Assembly: GCA_018064245.1 (NCBI GenBank) | Contig: JAGHVO010000004.1 | Span: 42,078 to 106,077 of the forward strand | From: Candidatus Colimorpha pelethequi | Lineage (GTDB): Bacteria > Bacteroidota > Bacteroidia > Bacteroidales > P3 | Length of the DNA: 64,000 nucleotides | Direction of reading: 5' to 3' | Shown: positions 43,994-56,601 of the stretch, piece by piece | How the letters are laid out: every line of letters starts with the position of its first letter | How positions within the stretch are numbered: position 1 is the stretch's first letter | The notes under the pieces: generated by a model | Told to the model about the DNA's origin: nothing | The model's database searches: none | The model's input: only the letters and a program-made list of their open reading frames with translations | Translations under genes and position numbers: made by a program

Positions 43994-45199
43994 TTATTCC
44001 AGCATCGGGGCGATGCGGTTGAGGGCTTTGATGAAGAGGTCGATTTCCTCGCGGGTGTTGTAGATGGCGAAGGAGGCGCGTACGGTGCCGGGTATGCCGT
44101 AGCGGTCCATGATGGGCTGTGTGCAGTGGTGTCCGGTGCGCACGGCGATGCCGAGCTTGTCGAGCAATGTGCCTACGTCGTAGGGATGTGCGTTGCCTAT
44201 GAGGAAAGAGATGACTGAGGTCTTGTTGGGTGCCGTGCCGAAGATTCGCATGTTGGGAATCTGTAGGAGTTGCTCGGTGGCGTATTGCGTGAGTTCATGC
44301 TCGTGCTGGAAGATGGCGTCAATGCCAATGCTTTCCATAAAGTTCATAGCGCTCTCCAAACCCAATACGTCGCCCACCGACGGCGTGCCAGCCTCGAATT
44401 TGAAGGGCAACTCGTTGTAGGTGGTCTTCTCGAAAGTTACGGTCTTGATCATCTCTCCGCCTCCTTGGTAGGGTGGCATCTTGTCGAGCCATTCCTCTTT
44501 GCCGTACATCACGCCTACGCCCATGGGTGCGTACATCTTGTGCCCCGAGAAGCAGTAAAAGTCGCAGTCGAGTTCCTGCACATCCACCTTGATGTGGGAG
44601 ATGGCCTGCGCACCGTCAATCAGCACGGGGACGTTGTGGCTGTGGGCGATGGCGATGATTTCCTTGATGGGGTTGATGGTGCCGAGGGTGTTGGAGACGT
44701 GGTTGACTGCCACGATGCGGGTCTTTTCGGTAAAAAGGTTTCTGTAGGCGTCTAAGTCGAGGATGCCTTCGTCGCTGAACGGAATCACACGCAGTCTTGC
44801 GCCTTTGCGTTCGCAGGCAAGTTGCCAGGGCACGATGTCGGAGTGGTGCTCCATTCCCGACACGATGACTTCGTCGCCTGCGTTGAGGAACGCCTGTCCA
44901 AAGGAGGCGGCAACAAGGTTGATGCTCTCTGTAGTGCCACGGGTGAAGACGATCTCGTGGTTGTGGCGGGCGTTGATGAACCGCTGCACATGCTGGCGTG
45001 TGGCTTCGTAGGCCTCGGTGGCTTGGGCTGCCAGATGGTGTGCGCCACGGTGGATATTGCTGTTGAGTGTGAGGTAGTAGTTGCTGAGCGTGTCAATCAC
45101 GCAACGAGGCTTTTGCGTGGTGGCGGCATTGTCGAAATAGACTAGGGGATGACCATAAACTTCTTGGTCGAGAATTGGAAATTGCTCACGAAGGTTCAT
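43994..45199 (-). CDS. sufS: cysteine desulfurase, SufS/CsdA-type (aminotransferase class V)
   Basis: 401 aa with NIHRGAH, a PLP lysine in FSGHKMYAPMG, and GHHCTQP containing the active-site Cys. Confidence 0.9.
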   Translation of the reverse strand: MNLREQFPILDQEVYGHPLVYFDNAATTQKPRCVIDTLSNYYLTLNSNIHRGAHHLAAQATEAYEATRQHVQRFINARHNHEIVFTRGTTESINLVAASFGQAFLNAGDEVIVSGMEHHSDIVPWQLACERKGARLRVIPFSDEGILDLDAYRNLFTEKTRIVAVNHVSNTLGTINPIKEIIAIAHSHNVPVLIDGAQAISHIKVDVQELDCDFYCFSGHKMYAPMGVGVMYGKEEWLDKMPPYQGGGEMIKTVTFEKTTYNELPFKFEAGTPSVGDVLGLESAMNFMESIGIDAIFQHEHELTQYATEQLLQIPNMRIFGTAPNKTSVISFLIGNAHPYDVGTLLDKLGIAVRTGHHCTQPIMDRYGIPGTVRASFAIYNTREEIDLFIKALNRIAPMLE

Positions 45200-45336
45200 C
45201 GCATTTGGTTTTTATGGAGTATGAACATCACTATCAGGAAAAGTAGAAGTGCGAGAAGGAAAAGGTAAAAAGCGACGCTACATCCTTTCTTTGGCAAAGG
45301 ACGTTCGGGACGTGGGTCTGTAATGATGTTGCGCAT
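45196..45336 (-). CDS. candidate 46-aa single-pass membrane peptide translationally coupled to sufS
   Basis: Not in the ORF track (below its size cut-off). My translation is MRNIITDPRPERPLPKKGCSVAFYLFLLALLLFLIVMFILHKNQMR. Its TGA overlaps the sufS ATG (ATGA). Confidence 0.35.
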   Translation of the reverse strand: MRNIITDPRPERPLPKKGCSVAFYLFLLALLLFLIVMFILHKNQMR

Positions 45337-45352
45337 GGACTTTTACTATGAC

Positions 45353-46117
45353 TTAGGACTCTATATTTTCAGCTTTTGATTTTTTCTTAAGAATGGCTCG
45401 GATTACCAAGAATACTATTGCGGCACCTGCCAAGGCGAGGATGATGATGGAAAGTTGACTGCTATAGCGTTCGATGACCGACGGGTCGGCTGCTTGGTAG
45501 GCGAGGTAGCCCAACAGGGCGAGGATGCAGTTCCACACAGCGGCACCGATGAAGGTGAAGAATGCAAAGGCGCCGATGTTCATCTTGGCGAGGCCTGCGG
45601 GAATGGAGATGAGCTGTCGGATGACGGGGATGAGGCGTCCCACCAATGTCGAGACGTTGCCGTGTTTGTTGAAATAGGCTTCGGCACGTTCCATCTTCTC
45701 GCCACTAAGTCCGAAAAGATGTCCTAACTTGCTGTCAACGAATTTGTAGATTACCCATCTGCCAAGCCAGCGCGAAAGAAAGTAGTTGATGAAGGCACCC
45801 AACATAGCGCCCAATGTGCCTATCAGCACTATCATCCAGATGGTCATGCCGCTTTTGCTCTCGGGGTTGGATGCTACATACACTGCGGGAGGAATGACAA
45901 CTTCGGAGGGGAAAGGTATGAAAGAACTTTCCACGGTCATCAGCACGCCTACGGCGGTGTAGTTCATGTTGGCGTCGTACCATTTCAACGCAGAGGCGAC
46001 AAAGCCCGACGAGGCGGTGTCGGTGCCGCGTACCTGTTCGGCGACATTCTGCGCCTGTACCGTTCCCAAAGTGCCCAAGGCAACGCAGAAAATCAATATT
46101 TTGAAAAATAATTTCAT
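45353..46117 (-). CDS. DedA family membrane protein
   Basis: Motifs ESSFIPFPSEVV and GRLIPVIRQLISIPAG. 254 aa. Confidence 0.9.
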   Translation of the reverse strand: MKLFFKILIFCVALGTLGTVQAQNVAEQVRGTDTASSGFVASALKWYDANMNYTAVGVLMTVESSFIPFPSEVVIPPAVYVASNPESKSGMTIWMIVLIGTLGAMLGAFINYFLSRWLGRWVIYKFVDSKLGHLFGLSGEKMERAEAYFNKHGNVSTLVGRLIPVIRQLISIPAGLAKMNIGAFAFFTFIGAAVWNCILALLGYLAYQAADPSVIERYSSQLSIIILALAGAAIVFLVIRAILKKKSKAENIES

Positions 46118-46150
46118 GTTTGATATTGTAAATTGTAGAGTTGTATTTCC

Positions 46151-46257
46151 TAGTCACTAATCACCATTCACTAATCACTTTAATTGAGAATTCGTTTTCG
46201 TCTTCGTCTTCGTCTTCGTCTTCGTCTTCGTTTACGTCTTCGTTTACGTTTTCGTCC
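46151..46257. repeat. composite word array (CACTAATCAC, TTGAGAATT, then TCGTCT/TCGTTTAC repeats)
   Basis: TAGTCACTAATCACCATTCACTAATCACTTTAATTGAGAATTCGTTTTCG(TCTTCG)5TTTACGTCTTCGTTTACGTTTTCGTCC ends at the TPR gene stop. Confidence 0.85.
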
Positions 46258-47565
46258 CTAATCACTATCCTTCAACTCCTCTATCATCCTCACCACTTCG
46301 GGGTCTTCCTTCATTTCGGGATAGTCAATCAAAAGTGCGCTCAACCCATCTTGGTAGTCGGCGGCGCAAGCGTTGAGGGTTTCGAAGAGTTGTTGCTGTT
46401 TTTCGGTTTTGTAGTAGCAATAAGCCAGCCGACTGTTGAATTCGTAGGGACTGATGGATGTGCGTTCTCCCTCCTTGAGCAGGTCGATGGCTTCTTTGTA
46501 GCGTTCGTGGTGCATCAAGAAATCGGCATAGCCCAGCCAATGTTCCTCTTCTTCGCCATTCATGCCCAAGGCGCGTTGGTACAGCGGCTCTGCGTTGTCG
46601 GGGTCGTTCAGCATGTCGTAGCAGTCTGCCATCAATCCCCATGTCTGGTCGTTGAATCGGTCTTGTTCGACGGCTTGTCGCAGATATACGATGGCGGTGT
46701 TGTAGTTTCTCACGTCCATGTAGATGGTGGCGATGGCGGTGAGTGTCGAGGACCTGTCTTCCGAGTAGTTGATGCCTTCCAGCAGGCGACTTACGGCCTC
46801 GCCGGTCTTGCCTAATTGCTGCAGGCAGGATGACAGCCCGAGGTAGGCGTTGTAGTATTCTTTGTGGATGGTGATGGTGAACTCGAAGGCGTCAAGCGCT
46901 TGTTCGGTGAGCCCGAGCCAATAGTAGGCGCATCCCAGGCAGTACCATGCAATGTGGCAGTAGGGGTGCTCTTCTACATGTTTTTTGTAGAACGTCGCTG
47001 CCGTGTCCAAGTTGCCTTGATGTTCCCAGCAATAGTAAAGGTTCAGCAACGAACGGTCTTCGTCGGCGTTGATGCCGATGGATTTCTTGAAACACTCTTT
47101 GGCTCGCTCCCAGTCTTCCAACTTCAGGTATTCGTCGCCGATGTTTCCGTAGATCAGGTCCAGCCGATATCCGTCGATGGCGGCTTTTTGGTAGTGGTGG
47201 ATGGCTTTCTGTGGGTGGTCCAAGGCGCTATAGACGGCTCCGAGGGCATAGTGCACGTCGGTGTTGTCGGGCTCGAGCTGGAGCAGGTCGCAGAGAATGT
47301 TCAAGGCGGCTTCGTAGCGACCTTCGGCGCAGAAGACGTGGGCGCGACGCAGGCGAATCTCCAATTCCTGCGGGAAGAGGTTCTCGGCGTAGCGTACGGC
47401 GTCTTCCAGATTGTCGTGCTCACAGGTGTCGAGATAGTAGTCGATGATGACCATAAGGTCCTCTACATCATAGTAGTGGCTGCCTCCTGTGCGTTGCATG
47501 AGCTCGTATTCCTGCACGAGCTGGCGCACGTCGTCTTCGTAACCTTCAAAGCGATTGTTTTTCAC
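46258..47565 (-). CDS. tetratricopeptide repeat protein
   Basis: 435 aa of TPR-like helical repeats (A..Y..A...DP....A...LG.......A). Confidence 0.8.
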   Translation of the reverse strand: MKNNRFEGYEDDVRQLVQEYELMQRTGGSHYYDVEDLMVIIDYYLDTCEHDNLEDAVRYAENLFPQELEIRLRRAHVFCAEGRYEAALNILCDLLQLEPDNTDVHYALGAVYSALDHPQKAIHHYQKAAIDGYRLDLIYGNIGDEYLKLEDWERAKECFKKSIGINADEDRSLLNLYYCWEHQGNLDTAATFYKKHVEEHPYCHIAWYCLGCAYYWLGLTEQALDAFEFTITIHKEYYNAYLGLSSCLQQLGKTGEAVSRLLEGINYSEDRSSTLTAIATIYMDVRNYNTAIVYLRQAVEQDRFNDQTWGLMADCYDMLNDPDNAEPLYQRALGMNGEEEEHWLGYADFLMHHERYKEAIDLLKEGERTSISPYEFNSRLAYCYYKTEKQQQLFETLNACAADYQDGLSALLIDYPEMKEDPEVVRMIEELKDSD

Positions 47566-47639
47566 GTTACAAAATTACGATAAAAAAAGGAAATGGTGAT
47601 TTGATGTCAGAATAGTTTTCAACAATCAATAATTCTTAT

Positions 47640-47647
47640 TATTTTTG
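47640..47647 (+). promoter_or_regulatory. candidate -7 promoter box (TATTTTTG) for the sialidase gene
   Basis: Lies 19 nt upstream of the ATG at 47666. Confidence 0.45.
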
Positions 47648-47665
47648 CAAATAAATTTATTTTGT

Positions 47666-48854
47666 ATGAAACTATTCCGCGCACTTTTGCTTTTGCCCAT
47701 CCTTTTGAGCTGTCAGAAAAACGGGGAAATTCCCGTAGTCCCCGCTGCCGACACGGTGGTTTGTGCCGCCGACACTGCCTTCTTTTACGAACAGTGCATC
47801 TACCGACCTGGCGACTATGAATCTACCAATTGGCGCATTCCCGCCATCTGCACTTTGCCTGACGGAACGTTACTGATTGTGAACGACAAGCGCAAGCACA
47901 ACGAGGGTGACCTTCCTGAGGATATCGACATCGTTTCGCGTCGCAGCACCGACAATGGCCGCACTTGGAGCGAGCCGGTGAACATCGCTGTGGGTACGGG
48001 CTACAAGCACGGCTTCGGCGATCCAGCTTTGGTGGTTGCCGAGAACGGCGACGTGATTTGTGTCTTTGTGGGTGGCAATGGTTTGTGGGCTTCTTCTGCC
48101 GCCGACCCTATCCGCTCTTATGTCTGCCGTAGCACCGATGGTGGCATTACTTGGTCTGAACCTCAGGAGATTACCGAACAGATTTGGGGCATCCATACCG
48201 TCAACAGTTCTACGCGTCGCTACAAGGCTTCTTTCTTTGGGTCGGGCAATGGTTTGCGACTAATGCGTGGCGAACATAAGGGTAGAATCCTTTTTGCCGC
48301 CGCAATGCGTCCTACGGGTGATGCCTATGTGCTCAACAACTTTGTGGTTTATTCCGACGACAACGGCGCTACGTGGAATGTCTCGGAGTGTGCTTTTACG
48401 GGTGGCGACGAGGCGAAGCTGATGGAGCTGGTGGATGGCCGCGTGTTGATTAGTGTGCGTCGTAGTGGCGAACGTGGCTTCAACATTTCGAATGATGGTG
48501 GCGTAACGTGGGGCACGCAAGGCACTTGGCCTGAGATGACCACCAACGCCTGCAACGGCGATATGTTGCGCTTCTCGGCAGTGGATCAGGGTGGTGAGAA
48601 GAATATCCTTTTGCATTCCATTCCCAACTCTATGAATCGCGAGAATGTGAGTCTTTTTGTAAGTTTCGACGAAGGGGTGTCGTGGCAGAATCCCGTCACG
48701 CTTTTTGCTGGTCCTTCGGTCTATTCTTCATTGACGCTGCTCAAAGACGGCACCATTGGCGCTTATGTGGAGAAAAATCCCGACGGCGCCTGCGAGTTGT
48801 GGTATATGAATTTCTCTTACAAATGGTTGGAGAAACAGCGCGAGAAAATTGAGA

Positions 48855-48868
<14 letters not shown>
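47666..48868 (+). CDS. exo-alpha-sialidase (GH33), lipoprotein
   Basis: RIP motif (NWRIPAI) and five Asp-boxes (STDNGRTW, STDGGITW, SDDNGATW, SNDGGVTW, SFDEGVSW). Lipobox LLSC. The ORF-track start at 47645 is a TTG upstream of the ATG. Confidence 0.92.
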
Positions 48869-52530
<3,662 letters not shown>

Positions 52531-52552
52531 TCAATGGAAAATTATCATTCTG

Positions 52553-52560
52553 CAAAGTTA
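52553..52560 (-). promoter_or_regulatory. candidate -7 promoter box (TAACTTTG) for the GH2 gene
   Basis: Plus-strand CAAAGTTA lies 23 nt upstream of the ATG at 52530. Confidence 0.4.
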
Positions 52561-52761
52561 AATAAAATTTGTGCATTTTATTGTGGCAATCTTTCTTTGC
52601 TTGTTCTTTTCTTGAAGCAATTTTTTTTGTTTTAGTAATAACAATGATAGTCAGTTGTTTGTAAAGGAATTTAAGAAATATTTCAAATCGGGAAAGTTTT
52701 GGGCTTTTTTTTGTTACTAACAATAATAAAGGCGAAATTTGATTGTATCAAAATAAAATGT

Positions 52762-52769
52762 TATTTTTG
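52762..52769 (+). promoter_or_regulatory. candidate -7 promoter box (TATTTTTG) for the OMP gene
   Basis: Lies 45 nt upstream of the ATG at 52814. Confidence 0.4.
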
Positions 52770-52813
52770 CAAATTCAATTGAAATTCAAGATATTCATTT
52801 AATTTATAAAACT

Positions 52814-53587
52814 ATGAAAAAATTCTTTATGTTGTTGGCTTTTGTCGCCACGCTGGGTGTCGCTTCGGCACAGTACTACACAACTACCTCTTATCTTCCG
52901 CAAGACGGAGAGCGCCAGTTTGGCCTTGTGATAACTCCCAATTTCGGTTCCCAGACTTTGGGTTTTGCTCACGACTATGCTACCTCGGCCACTGAAAACA
53001 TTTTGTTGGACGGTAGCATGAATCAGGGCATCGGCACTGAAATCGGTCTGTACTATGGCTACGAAACCGACCATGGCGGATTCATCGATTTTGGCGCTTA
53101 TCTCTTGGTGTCTTACGGCATCAATCCGTTCAAGGGTTCGGTAACCGTGAAGGACGCTTTGACTGGTCTGTCGCAGGATTACGACGTCAAGTACACTTCC
53201 AAAGCCGTTATGTTCCGCGTTTCGCCTTTCTTGGCTCACCGTTTTGGCGATAATTTCGTCCTCGATTTGGGTTTCGATGTCGCTTTTGCGCTTTCGTTGA
53301 AAGGTAATTTGAATCTTGATGGTTACACTACCAGTGAGTCTTCAAGTAGTTCGCTCAGCTTGTTCCGCTTTATGGCGGATCCTTATGTGGGAGCAAAGTA
53401 TTTTCTGACCGATTTCTTCTTTGTGGGCGCTCGTGCGGGCTATCGTCTGGGCGGCGATGCCAAGGCTGACGAACCACTGTATAACGGCACTATCAGTATG
53501 AATGTGGCTGAGCAGACTGCCTCCAGCGCGTATATGTTTACGCCTTCCAAGATTATGGTTCAGTTGATGTGCGGTCTCCAATTCTAA
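52814..53587 (+). CDS. outer-membrane beta-barrel (porin-family-like) protein
   Basis: Signal peptide ending ASAQ, alternating beta-strand pattern and a C-terminal aromatic residue (...LMCGLQF). Confidence 0.7.
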   Translation: MKKFFMLLAFVATLGVASAQYYTTTSYLPQDGERQFGLVITPNFGSQTLGFAHDYATSATENILLDGSMNQGIGTEIGLYYGYETDHGGFIDFGAYLLVSYGINPFKGSVTVKDALTGLSQDYDVKYTSKAVMFRVSPFLAHRFGDNFVLDLGFDVAFALSLKGNLNLDGYTTSESSSSSLSLFRFMADPYVGAKYFLTDFFFVGARAGYRLGGDAKADEPLYNGTISMNVAEQTASSAYMFTPSKIMVQLMCGLQF

Positions 53588-53610
53588 CCAAACTTGATTT
53601 TTCTCTATCA

Positions 53611-53642
53611 GGGTGCAAAACCGTCGGTTTTGCACCCTTTTT
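53611..53642 (+). terminator. rho-independent terminator
   Basis: Perfect 12-bp stem GGGTGCAAAACC/GGTTTTGCACCC with a 3-nt loop and a T5 run. Confidence 0.7.
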
Positions 53643-53741
53643 CTTTGTTGATGTTGTTTTGGTTATATCAAGGCAAAAGCAGGCCTGTAAAGAGAAATGG
53701 AATAAAGTTTTCAAAAAAAAGTGAAGATGAAATATATTTCG

Positions 53742-53749
53742 TATCTTTG
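53742..53749 (+). promoter_or_regulatory. candidate -7 promoter box (TATCTTTG) for a long glnA leader
   Basis: ATTTCGTATCTTTGCA is identical to the box context at 39929-39944. It lies 320 nt upstream of the glnA ATG. Confidence 0.4.
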
Positions 53750-53770
53750 CAGAAAAATGAAAGGTTTGAA

Positions 53771-54060
53771 AGCCTCGAGATGTCCGAGGAGTTGGATAGC
53801 TTAAAACTTAATGCTTAAAATTGTAGACTTAATACAGATAGCTTAAAACTTAATGCTTAAAACTTAAAACATAAAACTGTAAACTTAAAATTTCCTGAGA
53901 TGTCCGAGGAGTCAGATAGCTTAAAACTTAAAACTTAAAACATAAAACTGTAAACTTAAAACAGATAGCTTAAAACTTAATGCTTAAAACTTAAAACTTA
54001 ATGCTTAAAACTTAAAACTTAAAACTTAAAACTTAAAACATAAAACTTAAAACTTTAATT
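53771..54060. repeat. repeat-filled leader region (CTTAAAA-type heptamers plus two copies of a roughly 30-nt unit)
   Basis: GAGATGTCCGAGGAGTNNGATAGCTTAAAACTTAA occurs at about 53777 and about 53897 (120 nt apart). It is embedded in CTTAAAAC/ATGCTTAAAAC/CATAAAACTGTAAAC words. Confidence 0.9.
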
Positions 54061-54068
54061 ATCATATC

Positions 54069-55568
54069 ATGAATAAATACCAGCACAACCCGAACCGCTT
54101 GGTTCAGTATCTGCAAAAACCCATGTCGCAGTTCACAAAGGCCGACATGCTCAAGGTTATTGAGGAATTCCAGATTGAGATGATCAATTTCCGCTATATG
54201 GCTAACGACGGAAAGCTCAAGACGCTCAATTTTGTCATCAACAGCATGGAACACGCCGACGAGGTGCTTACCTCTGGCGAACGTGTTGACGGCTCCAGCT
54301 TGTTCCCCTTCTTGGAAGCTGGCAGCAGCGACCTCTACGTCATTCCTCGTTTCCGTACCGCTTTCCTCGACCCATTCGCCGAGATTCCTACTCTCGACTT
54401 CCTCTGCAATTTCTACACCAAGGACGGCACTCCTTTCGAGATGGCTCCCGAATATACGCTCGCCAAGGCCGGCAACGAGTTCCGCAAGGCTACTGGCGGC
54501 ATGGAGTTTGAGGTGATGGGCGAGTTGGAATACTACGTCATCGCTCCCAAGGAGGATGTCTATCTCACCGCCGACCAGCGCGGCTATCACGCTTCCACTC
54601 CTTACTGCAAATTTGAGGGTTTCCGTACCGAAGCCATGAAACTCATCGCTGAATGTGGCGGACTCATCAAGTACGGTCACAGCGAAGTTGGAAACTTCAT
54701 GGTGGGCGACACGATGTATGAGCAGAATGAGATTGAGTTCCTGCCTACCACGCTTGAAGACGCCGCTGACCAGTTGGTTATCGCCAAGTGGATTATGCGC
54801 ACCTTGGGCTATCAGTATGGCATCACCGTTACTTTCGCTCCCAAGATTACCGTGGGCAAGGCAGGAAGTGGTATGCACATCCATACGCGTATCTCAAAGG
54901 ATGGCAAGAATATGTACATCTCCGAGAACGGTCTCACCGAGGTGGCTCACAAGGCTATCGCCGGCATCTTGAACCTCGCTGGTTCCTTGACCGCTTTTGG
55001 CGACACCAATCCTACCTCTTATTTCCGCTTGGTTCCTCATCAGGAGGCTCCTACCAACATCTGCTGGGGCGACCGCAACCGCTCTGCTATGGTACGCGTT
55101 CCGCTGGGCTGGACCAAAGGCAGCGGCAACATGATGGCACATTGCAATCCTTTGGAGAAGAACGACGATGTGGATTTCTCCCACAAGCAGACCATCGAGT
55201 TGCGTACTCCCGACGGCTCCGCCAACGTCTATCTGTTGCTTGCCGGTATGACTGTGGCCGCTCGTCATGGCTTTGAGATGGAAAACGCTGTTCAGTATGC
55301 CAAGGATCGCTATGTGTCGGTCAACATCTTCGAGCATGAAGAGGTGCTGAACCGCCTCGACGTGCTGCCCGACAGTTGCGCGGCTTCCGCCGACTTGCTT
55401 GAGCGTGACCGCGCCATCTACGAGGAGAAGGGCGTTTTCGCTCCCGCTCTCATCGACGGCATTCTCAAGGAGCTTCGTTCTTACAACGACCGCACCCTCC
55501 GTGCCGAAATCGGAAACGACTCGCAGAAGATTCTCGAACTTGTCGAGACTTTCATCCACTGCGGTTGA
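54069..55568 (+). CDS. glnA: glutamine synthetase (about 500-aa GlnA-type)
   Basis: GSGMHIHTRIS, NPTSYFRLVPHQEAP and DRNRSAMVRVP catalytic-domain motifs. Confidence 0.9.
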   Translation: MNKYQHNPNRLVQYLQKPMSQFTKADMLKVIEEFQIEMINFRYMANDGKLKTLNFVINSMEHADEVLTSGERVDGSSLFPFLEAGSSDLYVIPRFRTAFLDPFAEIPTLDFLCNFYTKDGTPFEMAPEYTLAKAGNEFRKATGGMEFEVMGELEYYVIAPKEDVYLTADQRGYHASTPYCKFEGFRTEAMKLIAECGGLIKYGHSEVGNFMVGDTMYEQNEIEFLPTTLEDAADQLVIAKWIMRTLGYQYGITVTFAPKITVGKAGSGMHIHTRISKDGKNMYISENGLTEVAHKAIAGILNLAGSLTAFGDTNPTSYFRLVPHQEAPTNICWGDRNRSAMVRVPLGWTKGSGNMMAHCNPLEKNDDVDFSHKQTIELRTPDGSANVYLLLAGMTVAARHGFEMENAVQYAKDRYVSVNIFEHEEVLNRLDVLPDSCAASADLLERDRAIYEEKGVFAPALIDGILKELRSYNDRTLRAEIGNDSQKILELVETFIHCG

Positions 55569-55593
55569 TGCATAAATATTGGACTATAACAGA

Positions 55594-55624
55594 AAGGGAC
55601 TTGGCAAAACCAAGTCCCTTTTTT
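55594..55624 (+). terminator. rho-independent terminator after glnA
   Basis: Perfect 11-bp stem AAGGGACTTGG/CCAAGTCCCTT with a 5-nt loop and a T-run. Confidence 0.75.
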
Positions 55625-55733
55625 GTTGGAATTAGTTACTTGTTGATAGTGGATTTTCTGTAATGTGTTTTATATGAAGCAAGTGGATGGACAATTTTTT
55701 GAAATAAATGTACAAGACGTTTGCAAACTGTAA

Positions 55734-55767
55734 AACAAAAAAAAACGGCAAGGTAGAGATTGCCGTT
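55734..55767 (-). terminator. rho-independent terminator after the 264-aa membrane protein gene
   Basis: 8-bp stem AACGGCAA/TTGCCGTT, preceded on the plus strand by an A-run (U-run in minus sense). Confidence 0.5.
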
Positions 55768-55797
55768 GGAAGAACATAGTTTTATTTTTTGTTCTGT

Positions 55798-56592
55798 TTA
55801 TTCGGTAGCCGCTTCTGCAGGTTTGTCTGTTTTTGAGGGTGTACGGTAACTTAAAATGATGCAATAAAGCGAAATGGTGAGTAAAGGCAGATGCATAAAA
55901 CCAACATAGATGCTGTTGGGATTGAAAAATGATGTCATGTTGTAGCAGCCTATGATGAAACCGATGATTGCCGTGATCCGATAGGTGGCCAGGTTGATTT
56001 TTGGAAGATTTAGTGTCATAATCGTGAGGAAAGCAGGTGTTGTCAGGCAAAAGGCAGTCGCAGAATTTTTGACGAAGAAATGCAGTGGATTCAAGTCAAA
56101 ATGTCCATGATTGTCGAATGGGCATAAATAAGCGAATAAGGCCAGAATAATCATCCACACATATTTCCACTGAAAATTCTTGAAATCGTAAACGTTTTTT
56201 TGCTGCAAAGTCTCGCGAATCCAGACATACGCAACAAACAGGAACATGGCTAAATTGACGGTGACGATGCTTATCCCGTATGTCTCGGTAATGGCGATGT
56301 TTTGGATGAATGCGAAAGCAGTATACGACAAAGCTACGTAGGCATTGAAAAGGCTTTTCATCTTGTCTTTAAATACAAACAACAAGATAAACATCATAAG
56401 CGACAAAGACTGTAACAGGATGTTCAGGTTTCCAAAATGTGTTTGGAAAGCATTTGAGAGTGTTACCGATATGATTTGACCGATGTTTGCAAAATCAAAA
56501 TTGCGGCTAGCAAAAGGCAACAAGACCGACTGCGCCATTATCAAAATGATGGCGAACCACCATTTGTCTGAGATTTTTTCAAGTTTTTCCAT
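55798..56592 (-). CDS. hypothetical polytopic membrane protein
   Basis: 264 aa with about 8 hydrophobic helices. It starts 10 nt downstream of the preceding ORF. Confidence 0.65.
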   Translation of the reverse strand: MEKLEKISDKWWFAIILIMAQSVLLPFASRNFDFANIGQIISVTLSNAFQTHFGNLNILLQSLSLMMFILLFVFKDKMKSLFNAYVALSYTAFAFIQNIAITETYGISIVTVNLAMFLFVAYVWIRETLQQKNVYDFKNFQWKYVWMIILALFAYLCPFDNHGHFDLNPLHFFVKNSATAFCLTTPAFLTIMTLNLPKINLATYRITAIIGFIIGCYNMTSFFNPNSIYVGFMHLPLLTISLYCIILSYRTPSKTDKPAEAATE

Positions 56593-56601
56593 TTTCCTTC
56601 T

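Noticed and set aside
46141-46815. 224-aa plus-strand ORF starting with a poly-Ser run
   Set aside because: The poly-Ser stretch is simply the TCGTCT repeat array read in frame. The rest is antisense to the TPR gene.
47570-47577. TAATTTTG box as the promoter for the TPR gene
   Set aside because: It lies only 5 nt upstream of the annotated ATG at 47565, so the transcription start would fall inside or after the start codon. This is either a coincidence or the true start is a downstream Met. I left it uncalled.
53771-54060. Possible CRISPR array
   Set aside because: The repeat units are 7-11 nt words with no constant 25-40-nt repeat alternating with unique spacers. There are no cas genes. It is better described as a microsatellite-like leader.
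54033-55559. Minus-strand ORFs of 283 aa and 221 aa across glnA
   Set aside because: They are antisense to glutamine synthetase and have no independent signals.
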